DNA of 64,000 nucleotides, taken from IMG/VR virus record IMGVR_UViG_3300032677_000014; one strand, given 5' to 3'. This DNA is from an uncultured virus (IMG/VR IMGVR_UViG_3300032677_000014). Lineage: Duplodnaviria > Heunggongvirae > Uroviricota > Caudoviricetes. Of this stretch, positions 63,404-64,000 are shown piece by piece; the stretch's first letter is position 1, and the number at the start of each line of letters is the position of its first letter. The notes beneath the pieces are model-generated. The model was not told where the DNA came from, ran no database searches, and saw only the letters and a program-made list of their open reading frames with translations. A program made the translations under genes and the position numbers.

Positions 63404-63572
63404 TTACAAAGAATACACCAGCACAGTAATACTTAGATTTGAAGGTAATTGGCATGAGGCTGATTCACCAGAAGATTATGTTTTAAGGCTAAAAGAATCG
63501 TTTTATGAAAATTTTAATATTTCATTGATTGATTCTGAAATTACAAATATTGAGGAGGTTCAAAATGCCTAA
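63396..63572 (+). CDS. small acidic early protein (58 aa, not in ORF track)
   Basis: GGAGG RBS; ends EEVQNA like ORF 63064. Confidence 0.55.
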   Translation: MSDYKEYTSTVILRFEGNWHEADSPEDYVLRLKESFYENFNISLIDSEITNIEEVQNA

Positions 63573-63876
63573 GAAATTATTTGAACTTACCCCGCAAGTT
63601 TGTGGTAATCCGGATTACGGACAAGACCCTAATCAACCGCCTTATGGAGTAGATATTGTCAAAATTACCGCCCACAATTTTGATTTATTACTTAAAAGAG
63701 TAAGGAATTGGCAATACGAAAATGATATTGGTGGTGGAAATTGGATGAATCCAGCAGTTTATTTTAATGGTAAAGAAGTAGGTTATATGTCTTACAACGG
63801 AAAAGTTTGGGCTGATAAAAGCTGGACACCCAATACTAAACAAATTTATTTCAAAGAGGAGAACGAAAATGCCTAA
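63565..63876 (+). CDS. early hypothetical protein
   Basis: GNPDYGQDP, IGGGNW, SYNGKVW. Confidence 0.65.
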   Translation: MPKKLFELTPQVCGNPDYGQDPNQPPYGVDIVKITAHNFDLLLKRVRNWQYENDIGGGNWMNPAVYFNGKEVGYMSYNGKVWADKSWTPNTKQIYFKEENENA

Positions 63877-64000
63877 TTGGTGCAATAACAACTTAGTTTT
63901 AACCCATAAAGACCACGCTATGATGGAAAAAGCATTACAGGCTTGGAATGAGGATAAATTTTTATCTACCCTAGTGCCTGAACCGGACTATACAAAGGTA
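63869..64000 (+). CDS. DUF1281/YubB-like protein, truncated by the window end
   Basis: N-terminal MPNWC.N.L motif. Confidence 0.65.
   Translation, partial: MPNWCNNNLVLTHKDHAMMEKALQAWNEDKFLSTLVPEPDYTKV

Noticed and set aside
1..64000. tRNA genes, integrase/att sites and alternative genetic code
   Set aside because: No cloverleaf with T-loop/D-loop motifs or recombinase motif was noticed by eye. Genes tile densely under the standard code, with TAA, TAG and TGA all used as stops.

Overview
The window is most of the genome of a tailed dsDNA phage (podovirus-like, resembling uncultured freshwater phages). The spanin pair and CTGT-N8-ACAG boxes point to a Gram-negative, probably beta/gamma-proteobacterial host. 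Layout: (1) 1-590 is an AT-rich control/origin-like region. (2) 589-16152 (+) holds early/middle genes: a MoxR AAA + vWA-metallopeptidase + DUF3150-like module, VRR-NUC, two glycosyltransferases, an exonuclease, DUF3310, ERF and an SSB-like protein. (3) 16207-60771 (-) is the late module: terS, a LexA-like DNA-binding domain, terL, portal, GroES-like, scaffold, capsid, small basic proteins, neck/tail, many fibres, a 2OG-Fe(II) oxygenase, holin/spanins/GH19 endolysin and ejection proteins. Five free-standing homing-endonuclease-like genes are scattered through it. (4) 61088-64000 (+) holds more early genes. No DNA polymerase, primase/helicase, integrase, tRNA or CRISPR array was recognised. Most notable observations: a complete type I hammerhead ribozyme overlapping a stop codon (61330-61379); seven copies of a 28-bp spaced palindrome confined to the first 7.7 kb; tandem SOS boxes plus a phage-encoded LexA DNA-binding domain; mini-genes built from shared DNA homology boxes; a recurring x-[A/K]-x-G-G peptide motif across virion proteins; and two candidate structured RNAs. 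All product calls come from motif recognition by eye, not database searches.
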